Positions 13,150-25,538 of a DNA stretch of 64,000 nucleotides are shown piece after piece; positions within the stretch are counted from its first letter, which is position 1; each line of letters begins with the position of its first letter. The stretch comes from Eledone cirrhosa (Eukaryota). A program made the position numbers and the translations under genes. The stretch is from contig CAXHJY010000437.1 in NCBI GenBank assembly GCA_964016885.1, forward strand, positions 186,001 through 250,000, read 5' to 3'. The notes under the pieces were generated by a model, which had not been told where the DNA came from, searched no databases, and saw nothing but the letters and a program-made list of their open reading frames with translations.

Positions 13150-13780
13150 TCCTGTTGTCATTCATTGGGTATGACACCATCTTTCATCATCTGGTTAACT
13201 ATCCTCTGTAGCATCTTTAACCATATGGCTGTCCAGCTCTGCTGGTTCCTATGTTTGGTCTTCTGGTGGTAGTTTCTCTTTCATCCACACATTCTTCACA
13301 ATTAGTAATGTCTCATAATAACATTTATATGTCTTCTTCTGAGCATCAGTGAGGCTAAATGCACTAGAGTCGTTCCTGACACATGTTTCCCCAACAACAT
13401 CTTCAATAGCACTGACACAGTCTTCCAAACCTAAACACCTCATACTTCTGATTCTCATATTGTAGAACATTGACAAAACTCTTGTTTTCAGCCTCTCTCT
13501 ATTCTAGGCAAACCTGCTGTCTAGTGTCATTACTAACTACAAGATATTATTCTTTACTGTCACCTTTTTTCTAGACTTTCCAGGCCTGTATTTTAGCTCT
13601 ATCTACAGTACTATTTCACCACCAATCACCTTTCATCCGGCTCATACTTTACACTAGCTGCAGATTGTCTCAGAAAAAAACTTCCAGTTGTCTTCTATGC
13701 CCTAGTTATCAATCTCTTCCTCCTTATCATATGCACTACATAGAGCATCCCTGAACCTATATTTAATAGGGGGTGTTGTT
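13150..13780 (-). pseudogene. Old degenerate RTE linker-region fragment
   Basis: Translation DVVGETCVRNDSSAFSLTDAQKK..YETLLIVKNVWMKEKLP resembles RTE-A/B DIVGEKCVLNDDG..YERLLNEENKW. Confidence 0.75.
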
Positions 13781-14569
13781 TCCATATAAGTTCATACAGA
13801 TCTTCAGATTGGAGATGATAGTGGTTGTATTGTCTACAACTATCCTAAGTTTTTCAAATTCTTTCATATACTCTAACTACCCCAATAACTCCATCTATCC
13901 ACCTTTCTGCTAAGATTATACCTTCTTTGCCAACCCCTTTATTTTCATCTAATCTATCCAGAACCATTCCTACCAGTGTTCTTTCCTCTGAAAGAAGTCT
14001 GGCTGAGTTTCATCTACTTCCCACCTCTTGCACACAGTATATATCTACCTGTCTCCGCTCCAGCAACTTCACTAAAAAGGATGGTTAATAGTCTGAAAAA
14101 TCATAATCTTATTGACAACAAGCTTTGTCATACATTTGTACATTTAGTACACATATTAAACTTCCGGTATTCTCTTGTATTAGACTTATGTAACTTTACA
14201 TGTATTGTTTTGTATAGAATCATGTAAAAAAATATTTATTTTTTTCCATTCAGCTAGTTATTCAGGGTGGTGTTGTAATACTGTTTAGTTTACTCTGTTT
14301 TGCTATTTTGCTATACTATTTTTCATATTTTGTTTATTTTGTTGTTTTTCTTTTTCTTTTTTTTTTCATTTGTTTGTTGTTTTTGTTTGTGTGTTGTCTG
14401 TGTTGGCTTTGGCTTAGTTATAAAGAGATGAAGTGGCTAAGTAGATGAGGTATTGTATTACTTCATCTGTTTTTTTGGTTCACAGCCTAGTGCTAAATAT
14501 CAGCTTTATGAAACTTTGTGACACATAGGGAAACACATATATTTATCTATTTCCCTCTCTCTCTTCCTA

Positions 14570-14778
14570 TCACATACATACATGCATGCATACATACAGA
14601 CATACATACATATGTGCATGCATACATACATAAATACATATATACAGACTTACACACATATAAATACAAACATATATACACGCTTACACATACATACAGA
14701 CATACACACACACATACATACATACATACATACATACATACATACATACATACATACATACATACATACATACATACA
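14570..14778. repeat. (CATA)n microsatellite
   Basis: Direct reading; 5' flank of the RLE element. Confidence 0.9.
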
Positions 14779-17700
14779 TTTAGTATAAACAATTGAAAAT
14801 TTCCCTCAACGAAATCTTCCAGAGAGAAATTAATTCATGTATAAATATCTCTCTTGCTGAACGTATTAAAATGACAATGGTGAATAAAAAACCAAATAAT
14901 GAAATACTAAGCGATGTTTGGTAACAGTAGAACCAGAACTCTCCAATATAAGCTGATCACCCTCAAACAAGAATTGAGAGCTGTTAGCGAAAAACACAGA
15001 TACCTGAAGAAAGTAGATGAGAGAAAAGTGCTTAATAAAAGATTCAGACGAAACCAAACATCAGTCTATAGAGATATGAAGGGCAAAATAAGTGTCACTG
15101 AGGCTCCATCCCAGAAAGACATAGATTCCTTTTGGAGCAAAATATGGGGTGAAAAGAAGAATTTCAATCAAGATGCAGTGTGGCTAAGAGAAATCCAAAA
15201 GAACTATTGCTCCTACACTACAACAAAAACATACAAAATAAGTAAGGGTACTCTTGAGACTGTGATAGGAAAACTCCAAGATAAGAAAACACCAGGAAGA
15301 GACATGATTGTCGGCTACTGGTACAAAAAACTAATATTCTATCGGAGGTATCTTACTGACCTCTACCAACAAGTTCTTAAGGGAGATACACTTATACCAG
15401 AATGGTTGACATTAGCACAAACGTTACTGGTCCCCAAGAACAAAGACACCCACTTGGCAAAAAACTACCGACCCATTGAATGCCAGAACCTGATGTATAA
15501 GATGTATACAGCCTGCCTCAACCTATTCCTCCAAGATTACTGTGAAAATAATAACATCATCACAGATGAACAAGCAGCTGGAAAGAAAAGGGTTTGGGGA
15601 TGTGCTGAACAACTCCTAATCAACAAAACTGCGATGTCGGAGGTGCGACAACTTAGGAGGAATATGACTACAGTCTGGCTGGACTACAAGAAAGCTTTCG
15701 ATTCTGTTCCCCACTCTTGGATGATAGAGGCCCTCCAACTTTCTAAAGTCCCAGACATTATTGTCAGAGCCATAGAGAGGCTGTCTTCCTTCTTCTTGGG
15801 CTACTATCCTAAGGTTAAAGACAGAGAGGGAGGACTCTATTTTCACTGATAAAATAAAATATTGCAGGGGTATATTTCAGGGGGACAGTCTCTCTGTGAT
15901 ATTGTTCATCTAGTCATTAAACCCCTTGTCCTTTCTGCTCAAGAAATGTGAGGGATACATCATTGGCTCACAGGAGGACAGAAATACGAACCTAACCCAT
16001 AACTTCTTTGTGGACGATCTGAAACTCTATGCCAAGAACATGGAGGGGATGAAGAAAGATCTTGACCTGGTTACAACGTTCTCAAAGGATATAGGAATGG
16101 AGTTTGGCCAATATAAATGCTCATACATGACTGTAAAGCGGGGAAAAACAACAACCCAATCTAGCACCATTGTCATCAATGGTCTAACTGTTTCACTGAT
16201 ATCTGATGAGGACTGCTACAGATACCTGGGGATAGATGAGAACATATCCTATAATGGTATCTGTAATAAAGAACGCGTAACCAGGGAATACTACACCCGA
16301 TTAAGAAAGATCTGGTCATCGGAACTCTCTGCGCAAAACAAAACAGTGGCTCACAATGTGTTTGCTGTGCCTGTCCTAACACCAACGTTTGGAATACTCA
16401 ATTGAACGATAGACGAAATCCGAGCAGTTGATGTTGGAACTCGAAAAATACTGAACAATACCGGAAACTTCCACATCAACAGTGACATAGACCGCCTTTA
16501 CTTGAAACGTAAGCAGGGAGGCAGAGGCCTAACATCAGTCCAGACAACATTTGAATGTCACATCATATCTCTCCGACACCATCTACGAACCTCGAAGCAT
16601 AGGAGCCCGCTTCTCGAGCAAGTCTATCTGCATGAAACAGATAAGATCATAAGAGTTGGGAAGGAACTCCTTGAGAGATATTCCCTGTGTGATAATCAAA
16701 AACTCACACCCAGGGATGTCGCTCAGCAGTATCGCACTGAATCCATGGATGAAAAACTGCATGCTTATCAGCAAAAAATCATGCATGGATATGTTGCCAG
16801 GAAGCTCCAGAGTGAGAGTAATATAGATAAGGAAAGTAGTCTATCTTGGACCAACAACTGCTATATTGGCTCCCACTTTGAAGGATACGCTCTTGCAATC
16901 CAAGAACAGGAGATTAGCACGAAATACCTGATTCACAAAAGAGATAGGGATGCAGGCAAAACACCTAGATGTGATAACAAGTGCAGACTCTGCAGAACTA
17001 ACATCGAGGATATCACCCATGTCATCAGCAGCTGCCCAAAGATATCATCGCGGTACTATCTACCTATGAGGCATGATGTAGTGGCCAAAACACTGTACAA
17101 TGCAGTTCGTAAAAAAGATAACCCCGATAATAAACACATTAAAAGCTACAACAATGTGGAAGACATCCATGTAGATAATAGGAAAGAGTACTGGTGGAAT
17201 GTTCCAGTAAAAACCCCAATAAAATGCAGGCATAACAGACCAGATATTATGATATGGGACAGGGAGAAGAAAACATGCACAGTAGTGGAAATTAGCTGCC
17301 CAGCGGATGCCAATATAATATCAAAGATTAGTGAAAAGGAGAACATTTATGCAGAACTGATGAGAAATCTGCAGATACTCCACCCTGATTACACCTTCAG
17401 ATTTATGCCTGTGATTATTGGGGCACTGGGATATGTTAGTAACTGCCTCAATACAAATCTTGAGAAGCTAGGCTTCACAGGAACAGAAAGAACACAACTA
17501 GTTAGGAAATTACAAGTACAATCCATTAATGGAACAGTAAAAATATGTAAAACATTCCAAAAATTTTGCATCTAATAACTGCATATACACATGTACAGAT
17601 ACAAAGCATATACACATGCACACATACAACTCAAAACATACACATCCACACATACAATAACATCCATATCTACACATGCATGCATGCAGACATACATACA

Positions 17701-17811
17701 TATCTACCTAGTTGATGTTGTGTAAATTCCAATGAGAGAGTCTTGTGTCTATGTTAGAAACCGACTCTCTCTCTATTGGTAAAACTTTGTGAAATTATAA
17801 AACCAGAAGAA
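14779..17811 (+). mobile_element. R4/Dong-like non-LTR retrotransposon (RT + CCHC + PD-(D/E)xK restriction-like endonuclease), 5'-truncated, with a frameshift and stops
   Basis: NYRPI, WLDYKKAFDSVPH, GIFQGDSLS (15868-15894), FVDDLK, YRYLG, GGRGL, CRLC..HVISSC, RHD, RPDI..VEISCP across ORFs 14914-15849, 15926-16405 and 16502-17575. Confidence 0.88.
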
Positions 17812-17873
17812 CATACATACATACATACATACATACATACATACATACATACATACATACATACATACATACA
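17812..17873. repeat. (CATA)n microsatellite
   Basis: Direct reading; 3' flank of the RLE element. Confidence 0.95.
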
Positions 17874-18378
17874 TGGTGGCTGCCAACTCGTTTTCGAGTA
17901 CGGCCACTACTTTACATCCATGTAGGAGAACCCCTACCGATGCGCTGAACGAGTGTGACTTTTTAGTCCAGCCAGTGACTTGAAAACTCTGGTACAAACA
18001 CTACACTTGTGACAATTATTGACACATAGTGCTGGGCCCATGGTACCATGCGACGACAAGTGCAGAGAGATCTCCAGATATAAAGCAATGCCTGTGCCGT
18101 GAAGCTTTTATAGTGAGCAAAGGCACTGCACAAAGCCAGTCCCACTCTCTTAACCAAGATGATATTTACCAAAAAGAAGAACAAGTCAACATCATTGGAT
18201 ACCATCAGGGTTGCAGGTGTTATATCAGAGTTTTCCTTCTCCTAGAATTCTGCCTTCACAAAGGCTAAGGGGTCATCTCTCCCGGTGATTTTGGATGGCC
18301 ATTGACTCTTAAGAGCTCCTTTGACAGGTTTTGTTTTTAGTCCTGCAGGATGTCCAAAGTCACCGTCCTCACCAAGAA
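17874..18378. mobile_element. Unclassified ~500-bp interspersed-repeat-like insert between two (CATA)n runs
   Basis: GC-richer block bounded by CATA arrays; ends AAGAA(A)CATAC like the RLE element. Confidence 0.35.
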
Positions 18379-18409
18379 ACATACATACATACATACATAC
18401 ATACATGAT

Positions 18410-18850
18410 TGTTTTATGTTATAACATGTACTGTTTGAAGCAATGTTATCTAAACAGGAGTAAATAACCTTATTGTGTGAGTTGAAGAACTTGTGGTATT
18501 TATAATTATTTGGAAAATATTTTCTGGTTAGAGACAGGAATCTCTTAGCTATATCCATTGATATCTCTAAATTAGACAGAGGACTGAACCATGTTATTTT
18601 CTTCATTCTAACTTTTTAAGGGGTGAGTGGAGTGTCCTCCATTTCCACTTCTCACTAATGTCTCATTGTAATGGAGTCCAACCATCAAAGATCTGTTTAT
18701 TGAGTGAAAAGTAAGATATTCTGCTCCTAGCTCCATTTACAAAGTCCCTAACTATAGCTTGGGGTGGTTGGAGTTCTTATGTTTATATATAGTTTCCCCC
18801 CATTAGGCTTCCTGTAAGAACAGAGAGTACCACTTTTGAGTTTCTTAAAT
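18410..18850 (-). pseudogene. Degenerate Penelope-like element fragment (RT C-terminal region)
   Basis: KKITWFSP..DIAKRFLSLTRKYFP..YHKFFNSHNKVIYSC resembles the PLE motif IIWFNPP..NIGK.FL.L..KHFP..HKIFNRNTVKISYSC. Confidence 0.7.
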
Positions 18851-19900
18851 GTACCTGATGATTTAGATGTTTTCATCTTAAAACTGCTGGTAGTGTGGTG
18901 TTAAGTCTAACTATTGATATAAATACTTAATTTCCACGTCATGTGTTGATTGCTCTTTTCTTTTATTTTTATCCACAACTGTATATATAAATAAATATAT
19001 ATATATGTTTGTATGTGTGTGTTTCTATATCTTTACTTTGCATTTGACACCATGTTTGCTTATGTCCTTTATCATCATCATCATCATCATCATCAATTAA
19101 CATCTACCTTCCATGCTAGCATGGGTTAGACGGGTTTGTCCCATTTAGAGGCAAGTTGAGCCAGGTGAGCGTGTCTCACTCATATAGGAGAATTTCTGGC
19201 TTAGTGGCTCAACATTCAAAGATCAGTGCCTTACTTTTAAAAAATAAACAAGTAATGGTTGACATCAGGAGGAACATCTGACCATAGAACGCTGCCACAA
19301 AACTGTCCCGTCCAACTCATGGTAGCATGGAAAAACAGATGTTCAAATGATGAAGAAGGTAGCAGTGAAAACAGGGGTAGTGTTGTCAGTGATGATGTTG
19401 ACAGCAACAGTGACTTCATATACAAACTTAAACCTTTTTGTTGAATCAAACAATACCAACTAAAATTTATGCAGCAAAATAATTTCATATCAAATTCCCA
19501 ACTTTAGATGTCAAGACAGATTTTGAGGTGTTTTCTTATTTTTAATACTGATATCTTTCTTTCCTTTTGAAAATATTATTTCTCAAAGTAAAATACATGT
19601 AAATTTAATGTGGTGTGTAAATTTTCTTTGCTTTTCAACTTTTGTTTCTCACAATGTTACAAGTTTTCAATGTGTGGCTTCATTTGAAATATCTCCATAG
19701 GCAATAGACAGATTTTTCTGTAATCCAAAAAACAATTCGACTCAAGAATGAAGTTGATGTTTAGAATATTCTCTAATCTCCGATGTAAGTTATTTATGGA
19801 CCCAGACAACACTGAATACTTCCTTACTTAAGTATATGTACATATATGTGTGTGTGTGTGTAATATATATATATATATGTATATATATACATATATATAT

Positions 19901-20026
19901 AGGAACGAGTAAGACCCCGACGGCTGAGCTCAAGCCGTTTCGACGGCTAATTCTGCCCACTCTACTACCCTAAGTATTGAGTACTTAGGTGCGTTATGGT
20001 CCATCTGGTTCCTTACCACATTTCCT
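19901..20026 (-). ncRNA. Highly structured 126-nt island, possible variant hammerhead ribozyme
   Basis: Minus strand GAAA-CGGCT-loop-AGCCG-TC forms a perfect stem III with a GUC triplet; outer stems pair; the upstream core reads CAGATGG rather than CTGANGA. Confidence 0.35.
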
Positions 20027-20043
20027 TCGTTATATATATATAT

Positions 20044-20655
20044 ATACAAATTAATATAAATTAATATACGATAAACACTAATACAATTATATAAGTGTTT
20101 GTATTGCAAATGACCAAGTTAGCTAGATTGAAAAATACTAATTAAATTAATACAGTTTGCCTGTCACGATTTAAAATAATAAATCAATAAAAACAAACCC
20201 ATATTGGCAATAGCCGTGATACCTGGACAAATTTAAATTTCAAAACCCAAATCTGTTTCGCAGACAAATTTAAATTTCAAAACTCAAATTCGTTGAGAAA
20301 CCATGTGCGTTCACTTTTATCTCAGTCCTCCTAAGTATTTTGAGGTGAAACATACCAATTCTGGATACCTGCAGAAGAGCACTGAAATTGAATTTTCACT
20401 TATCGTTGCAAAACGAATTTGAGTTTTGAAATTTAAATTTATCTGCGAAATAGATTTGGGTTTTGAAATTTAAATTTGTCCAGGTATCACGGCTATTGCC
20501 AATATGGGTTTGTTTTTATTGATTTATTATTTTAAATCGAGACAGGCAAACTGTATTAATTTAATTAGTATTTTTCAATCTAGCTAACTTGGTCATTTGC
20601 AATACAAACACTTATATAATTGTATTATCGTATATTAATTTATATTAATTTGTAT
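20044..20655. mobile_element. Foldback/MITE-like element with ~250-bp inverted arms and a ~117-bp spacer
   Basis: 20044-20294 is the reverse complement of 20412-20655 with a few mismatches and one short indel; ACAAATTTAAATTTCAAAAC-like unit twice per arm. Confidence 0.8.
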
Positions 20656-20731
20656 TTCACGGCTCAGAAATATCTCTTTCTTTGAGCTATTTAATTGTAA
20701 AAGACTGTTTGAGTTTATAACTCTATATATA

Positions 20732-20791
<60 letters not shown>

Positions 20792-21056
20792 TTATAACCA
20801 TATAGAGGTGCAAACAAGACTGGTATGAGGAAACTTCCTTTGCAACCACAGGATTCTAGTCTGGATCCTACTGTGCAAGAACTTGAACTAGTGATTTCAA
20901 CTAAAATCTTGAGATGATCAAGGCTTTATTAGTGAAATTAAGTGGATAGAAACTTTGAACAAATCTGTAGTAAACCTGAAAAATATACATATGTGTGTGC
21001 GTAATCATCAACACCATCATCACTGTTTCACATCCATTTTTCCATGCTGGCATGAG

Positions 21057-21120
<64 letters not shown>

Positions 21121-21749
21121 TATGTGTGTGTGCATAGTAAAATATCTGTAGGTGTGAAACAGGAAAAATAAAAACTGCTCAATAAGGTATGAGAGCTAAT
21201 ACTTTATATTATTTATGTTGATACACGGAGCAAAAGCACTGGCTAAAGTTTCAATGTCCAATATTGACCATATCCCCAGATTGTAAGAGGGATCAAATTT
21301 GTGACTTCGTTTTCAGGTGCTTAGACTGATTTGAAGATATCATTAAAATTATAGCATGTTAAACACTTGTTTACGAAAACGTAGCATAACAAAGGGAAAT
21401 AACTCAAAAGATAAATCGTTTAGATCGCGTATGAATACATTGTTGCCGCCTCATTATAAAAACTCTCTTGGACAGCGAGGTGAAAAGACCTACCACAAGA
21501 TAACTCCTACTCTGATCCTCCTATAATCCAGTGGCGAAAGAATTAAACATTTATCAACAAAGCATTTTCCACATTTCTTGAATTGTTCTTCTACAGCCTA
21601 TCTGATATATAAGATATTCTATTGTCTGTACAGAAACTCAGCTTTCAACAATAAATTTATATTTATAGAGAATTTAGTCTTAAAGTGACATTAATTATAC
21701 CATGGATGTCAGAAGCATGTCACTGCAAGTACGAAGCCACAAACACATC

Positions 21750-22370
21750 GACTAAGGTATTTTCTTAAAATTGTTTGTAATGGATGTTTCAACTTGTAGT
21801 TGTAAAAAGGTATAAGTAATTATTTAACTTCTCATTCTACCTATAAGTTGAATCTGTAAGTGTTTCCATTTAGCAGACTTTAATTACCAGACTTTTTTGC
21901 CAGGGCCGTGCTGGTTCTCAAATCCGGATTCCTGAAGGAATGGAGATGCAAGTAAAAATGCTTTTTAAATGATCTTGCATCATATCGACATATCTTTTAC
22001 TACCTACAGAATTTTCTTTGGTGTTGTGCATAATCTCTGATTCATACACAGTGGATTTGATATTCATTTCTGTTAGACAGAGCAGTTCTTTTTAATCCTA
22101 CAAGAGCAACTTGGATTTATGTCAGGTATGTTTTTTATGGTAACTTTTAATCTGATATACAGGCCACGGGAATAGGATATCTTGACAGTATTGCAGTTGA
22201 AGATTCTACTGTATCTATGTTGTGGTTGGAAATGTCTATCTATTAAATCTAAAACCTTCTTACCTACATTAGTCTTTACTTTAATGGAAAAGGAGGGTAT
22301 GAACCAGATAATTCTTCCTTTCCTGTTAGTATTTTTAGTAAGGTTGGGTTGGGATCTTAAAACCACTACC
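21750..22370 (-). pseudogene. Degenerate Penelope-like element (RT C-terminus + GIY-YIG remnant)
   Basis: RIIWFIPSFSIKVKTNVGKKVLDLIDRHF..RIFNCNTVKISYS, CSCR..NC, followed by an HSFRNP..STALAK-like remnant. Confidence 0.75.
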
Positions 22371-22530
22371 TAGGAGGGCTTGGTTTTAGTATAGCACAGC
22401 CTTATCGAATATATATATGCATGTATATATATATATGTATGTATATATTTATGTGTATGTATATATATATCATCATCATTTAACGTCCATTTTCCATGGT
22501 AGTATGGGTTATATATATATATATATATAT

Positions 22531-22590
<60 letters not shown>

Positions 22591-22679
22591 GTACACACAC
22601 ACATATATATATGTACACACACACACACACACACATATATAATATATATGTGTGTGTATGTATATATGTGTGTGTATTT

Positions 22680-22920
22680 CATTTTTGTATTTGTTTTGCA
22701 AAATGTTTTTATCTGAAAATGTGTGTTGAAACAGATATTGTTATGCTTTGGTAGGGTCATGCTGCCAATAAACACACACGCACTGTTGGGTTTCATTTCA
22801 ATTTATTATTATAATTTCCCTATCAGTTTAATTACTGGATGGTTGTTTAGTTGTTGATTGTCAAAACTCTTTCATCACATATTCTGTGGCCTCCTCGATG
22901 ATTACTTTTGTTGTTACTTT
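22680..22920 (-). mobile_element. Old solo pseudo-LTR fragment of the PLE family at 29.5-30.9 kb
   Basis: Diverged match to 63635-63900 (ATCTGAAA..TGTGTTGAAAC.GATATTGTTAT.CTTTGG.AGGGTCATG); degraded hammerhead at 22860-22903. Confidence 0.75.
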
Positions 22921-23307
22921 TTGTCAACCAAGATAGTGAGACACAAAGTTACAACAGAACAGAAAGTATTTTCTTTGGATTGTAAATATATTTAGATGTA
23001 GTTGTATTTATAAGCAATATATATTATACAGATAGAATAAGTGATTGCGGAGGTCTGATAGTGTAGAATATAAAACCGTGTTATCTAGCATAGTCACTAC
23101 CCTGCTGGCTTGCTAGCAATGAACATATTGGCTGTGGCTACAGCAAGCATCTGATGCCAACTAACAAACAACTGCTCAGTTCTTTCATTTATAGTCAAAG
23201 GGGTCCCTGGTCACTTGCCAGAAGTGACCAAATGCCTATGATACAAAAATACAGCATATTTTCAGAAAACAACAAAAATCAATGCATGATTTTACTTGCT
23301 CTCTCTC

Positions 23308-23340
<33 letters not shown>

Positions 23341-24060
23341 AGTTATGATTTAATAAGATTGATCAGTCTTTGACACTTACCTCTATCTAGCCAGGCAGTC
23401 AACTGTGTTTATTGGCATAGAAATATAGGAAATAAAGGTTACTGGTTCAATTTCAAGAAACCGAGGAAGAAAATAGTGGATGAATATGGGTCAATGATCT
23501 TTGGCAACATACATGTTCTGATGTGACTCAGAACTTATGTTAGATGCCAAAAGCTGGCACCCACTATAAAGCTTACAATCAGTTTAAGGTTTTTACTCCT
23601 GCTTACAGAAATCCCAAATAAAATTTGCTAATTACTTTATTAATATATATAATATATTTTGGCTTTGTTTCTTGGCAAATAATATGGCTTCTTTCAGTTT
23701 ACTTGATAATGTGGGTGTATGTAAATAGATATTTCAGTGTGTATATATGATCAAGAGATAGGTGGAGATAGAGAATGTGTGTGTCTGTACAAGTATGTAA
23801 TGTATATATTTGTGTGTGTTTTCTTACTTGTGTGTATGCGTGTATCTATAATCATGTATGACTGTTTACGAATTCATGTGTATTTATGTGTATTTGTGTG
23901 TACCTGTGTATGTAAGAATGTATATTAAAATGTGTGTGTATGAAAGAAAGTGAGATAGAGAGTATGTGTGACAGTTTGGGAGAATGTGTATTCGTGAACA
24001 CATTAATTAATAGGAATGTGTATTCTGGTTTGTATTTAAAACTATGTATACATATATATG

Positions 24061-24478
24061 TGTGTGAGTGCATATGTGTATTTATGTGTGTGCATCAGTA
24101 TGTGTTTGCATGGGCTTATGTGCATACACATGCAACAGTCATTAATATATGTATGTGAATATATATATATATATGTATATGTGTATATATATGTATATAC
24201 ATGTGTATATATATGTATATACATGTGTATATATATGTATATATATGTATATATATGTATATACATGTGTATATATATGTATATATATGTATATACATGT
24301 GTATATATATGTATATACATGTGTATATATATGTATATACATGTGTATATATATATATGTATATACATGTATATACATGTGTATATATATGTATATACAC
24401 ATACATATATTAATGCCTCTGTTGCACATAAGCCCATGCAAACACATACTGTTGTACACACATAAATACACATATGCA

Positions 24479-24486
<8 letters not shown>
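24061..24486. repeat. ~90-bp inverted repeat arms enclosing a TA/TG microsatellite
   Basis: 24061-24157 vs 24398-24486, e.g. GTATGTGTTTGCATGGGCTTATGTGCA / TGCACATAAGCCCATGCAAACACATAC. Confidence 0.85.
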
Positions 24487-24536
<50 letters not shown>

Positions 24537-24825
24537 CTGGCAGTATTTCAAAAACATTTCAAAGTTGAGAAAGAGTTTTATAAAGAATGATTGAAATTTT
24601 AACCTTGCGGAATTAAGTTCCAGTTATGAATTCCTTTTCAACACGTTAAGCCCCTCCCACCCCACAATTTGAAATCAAGTCTATCACACCTGTCTCATGT
24701 GCTTAACTATCTCCCATCACATCAATAAAGGGGTGTCAATGATTGAGTTTGTACTATGAGTGCTTGACATATAGAGGTCATGTGGTCATATTATTATCTC
24801 TGTTCTTGTTGATGTTGTTATCAGC

Positions 24826-25042
24826 TTCATCATCATCATCATCATCATTGTCCTCACCACCACCGTCATCATCATCATCACCATTATCATTATCATCACC
24901 ACTATCATCACCTACATCATCACAATCATCTACATCATCATCATCATCATTACCATCACCACCATCATCATTATCATCATCATCAGCATCATCATCACCA
25001 CCATCATCATTATCATCAACACCACCATCTTCATCACCACAT

Positions 25043-25074
<32 letters not shown>

Positions 25075-25162
25075 CCATCATCATCACTACCATCACTACC
25101 ATCATCATCATCATCACCATCATCATCACTACCATCACTACAATCATCATCATCATCATCAA
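24826..25162. repeat. (CAT)n/(CAC)n trinucleotide microsatellite
   Basis: Direct reading; probably an expanded tail of a decayed minus-strand RTE end. Confidence 0.9.
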
Positions 25163-25538
25163 CATCGTGCTGGAATGGATTGTTCGATACAAGTTTGACT
25201 TTTTTTTCTTTTTTGTGGGAGATGTTCCTTTTGTAGAACTTTTTATTTTCACAGTTGCTTCATGTGATTATGTTGTTGGGCTATAGGAGTATAGGTATGA
25301 AGATGCATCTGTTTCACCAGTCAGCCATTTTGATTTAAAAGGCTGACAGATAAAACCAGTGTTACTATGCTTGTGGAAGCTTCTAGCCTGTTTAGTTTTA
25401 ACTGACCAAATTAAAGTATTTTTACCCTACTGTATTGAGTACCTTTTCTCACATTCATTACCTCCAGTGCACACACACACACACACACACATAATCTGGA
25501 CATGTTATCTGTAATAGTCTGTTATTTTAACCAGGCAT

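Noticed and set aside
19259-19444. Acidic 61-aa ORF
   Set aside because: Decayed RTE/SINE 3' end plus a degenerate (GAT)n tail
24743-25198. Ser/His-rich 151-aa ORF with a hydrophobic N-terminus
   Set aside because: Derived from a (CAT)n/(CAC)n microsatellite
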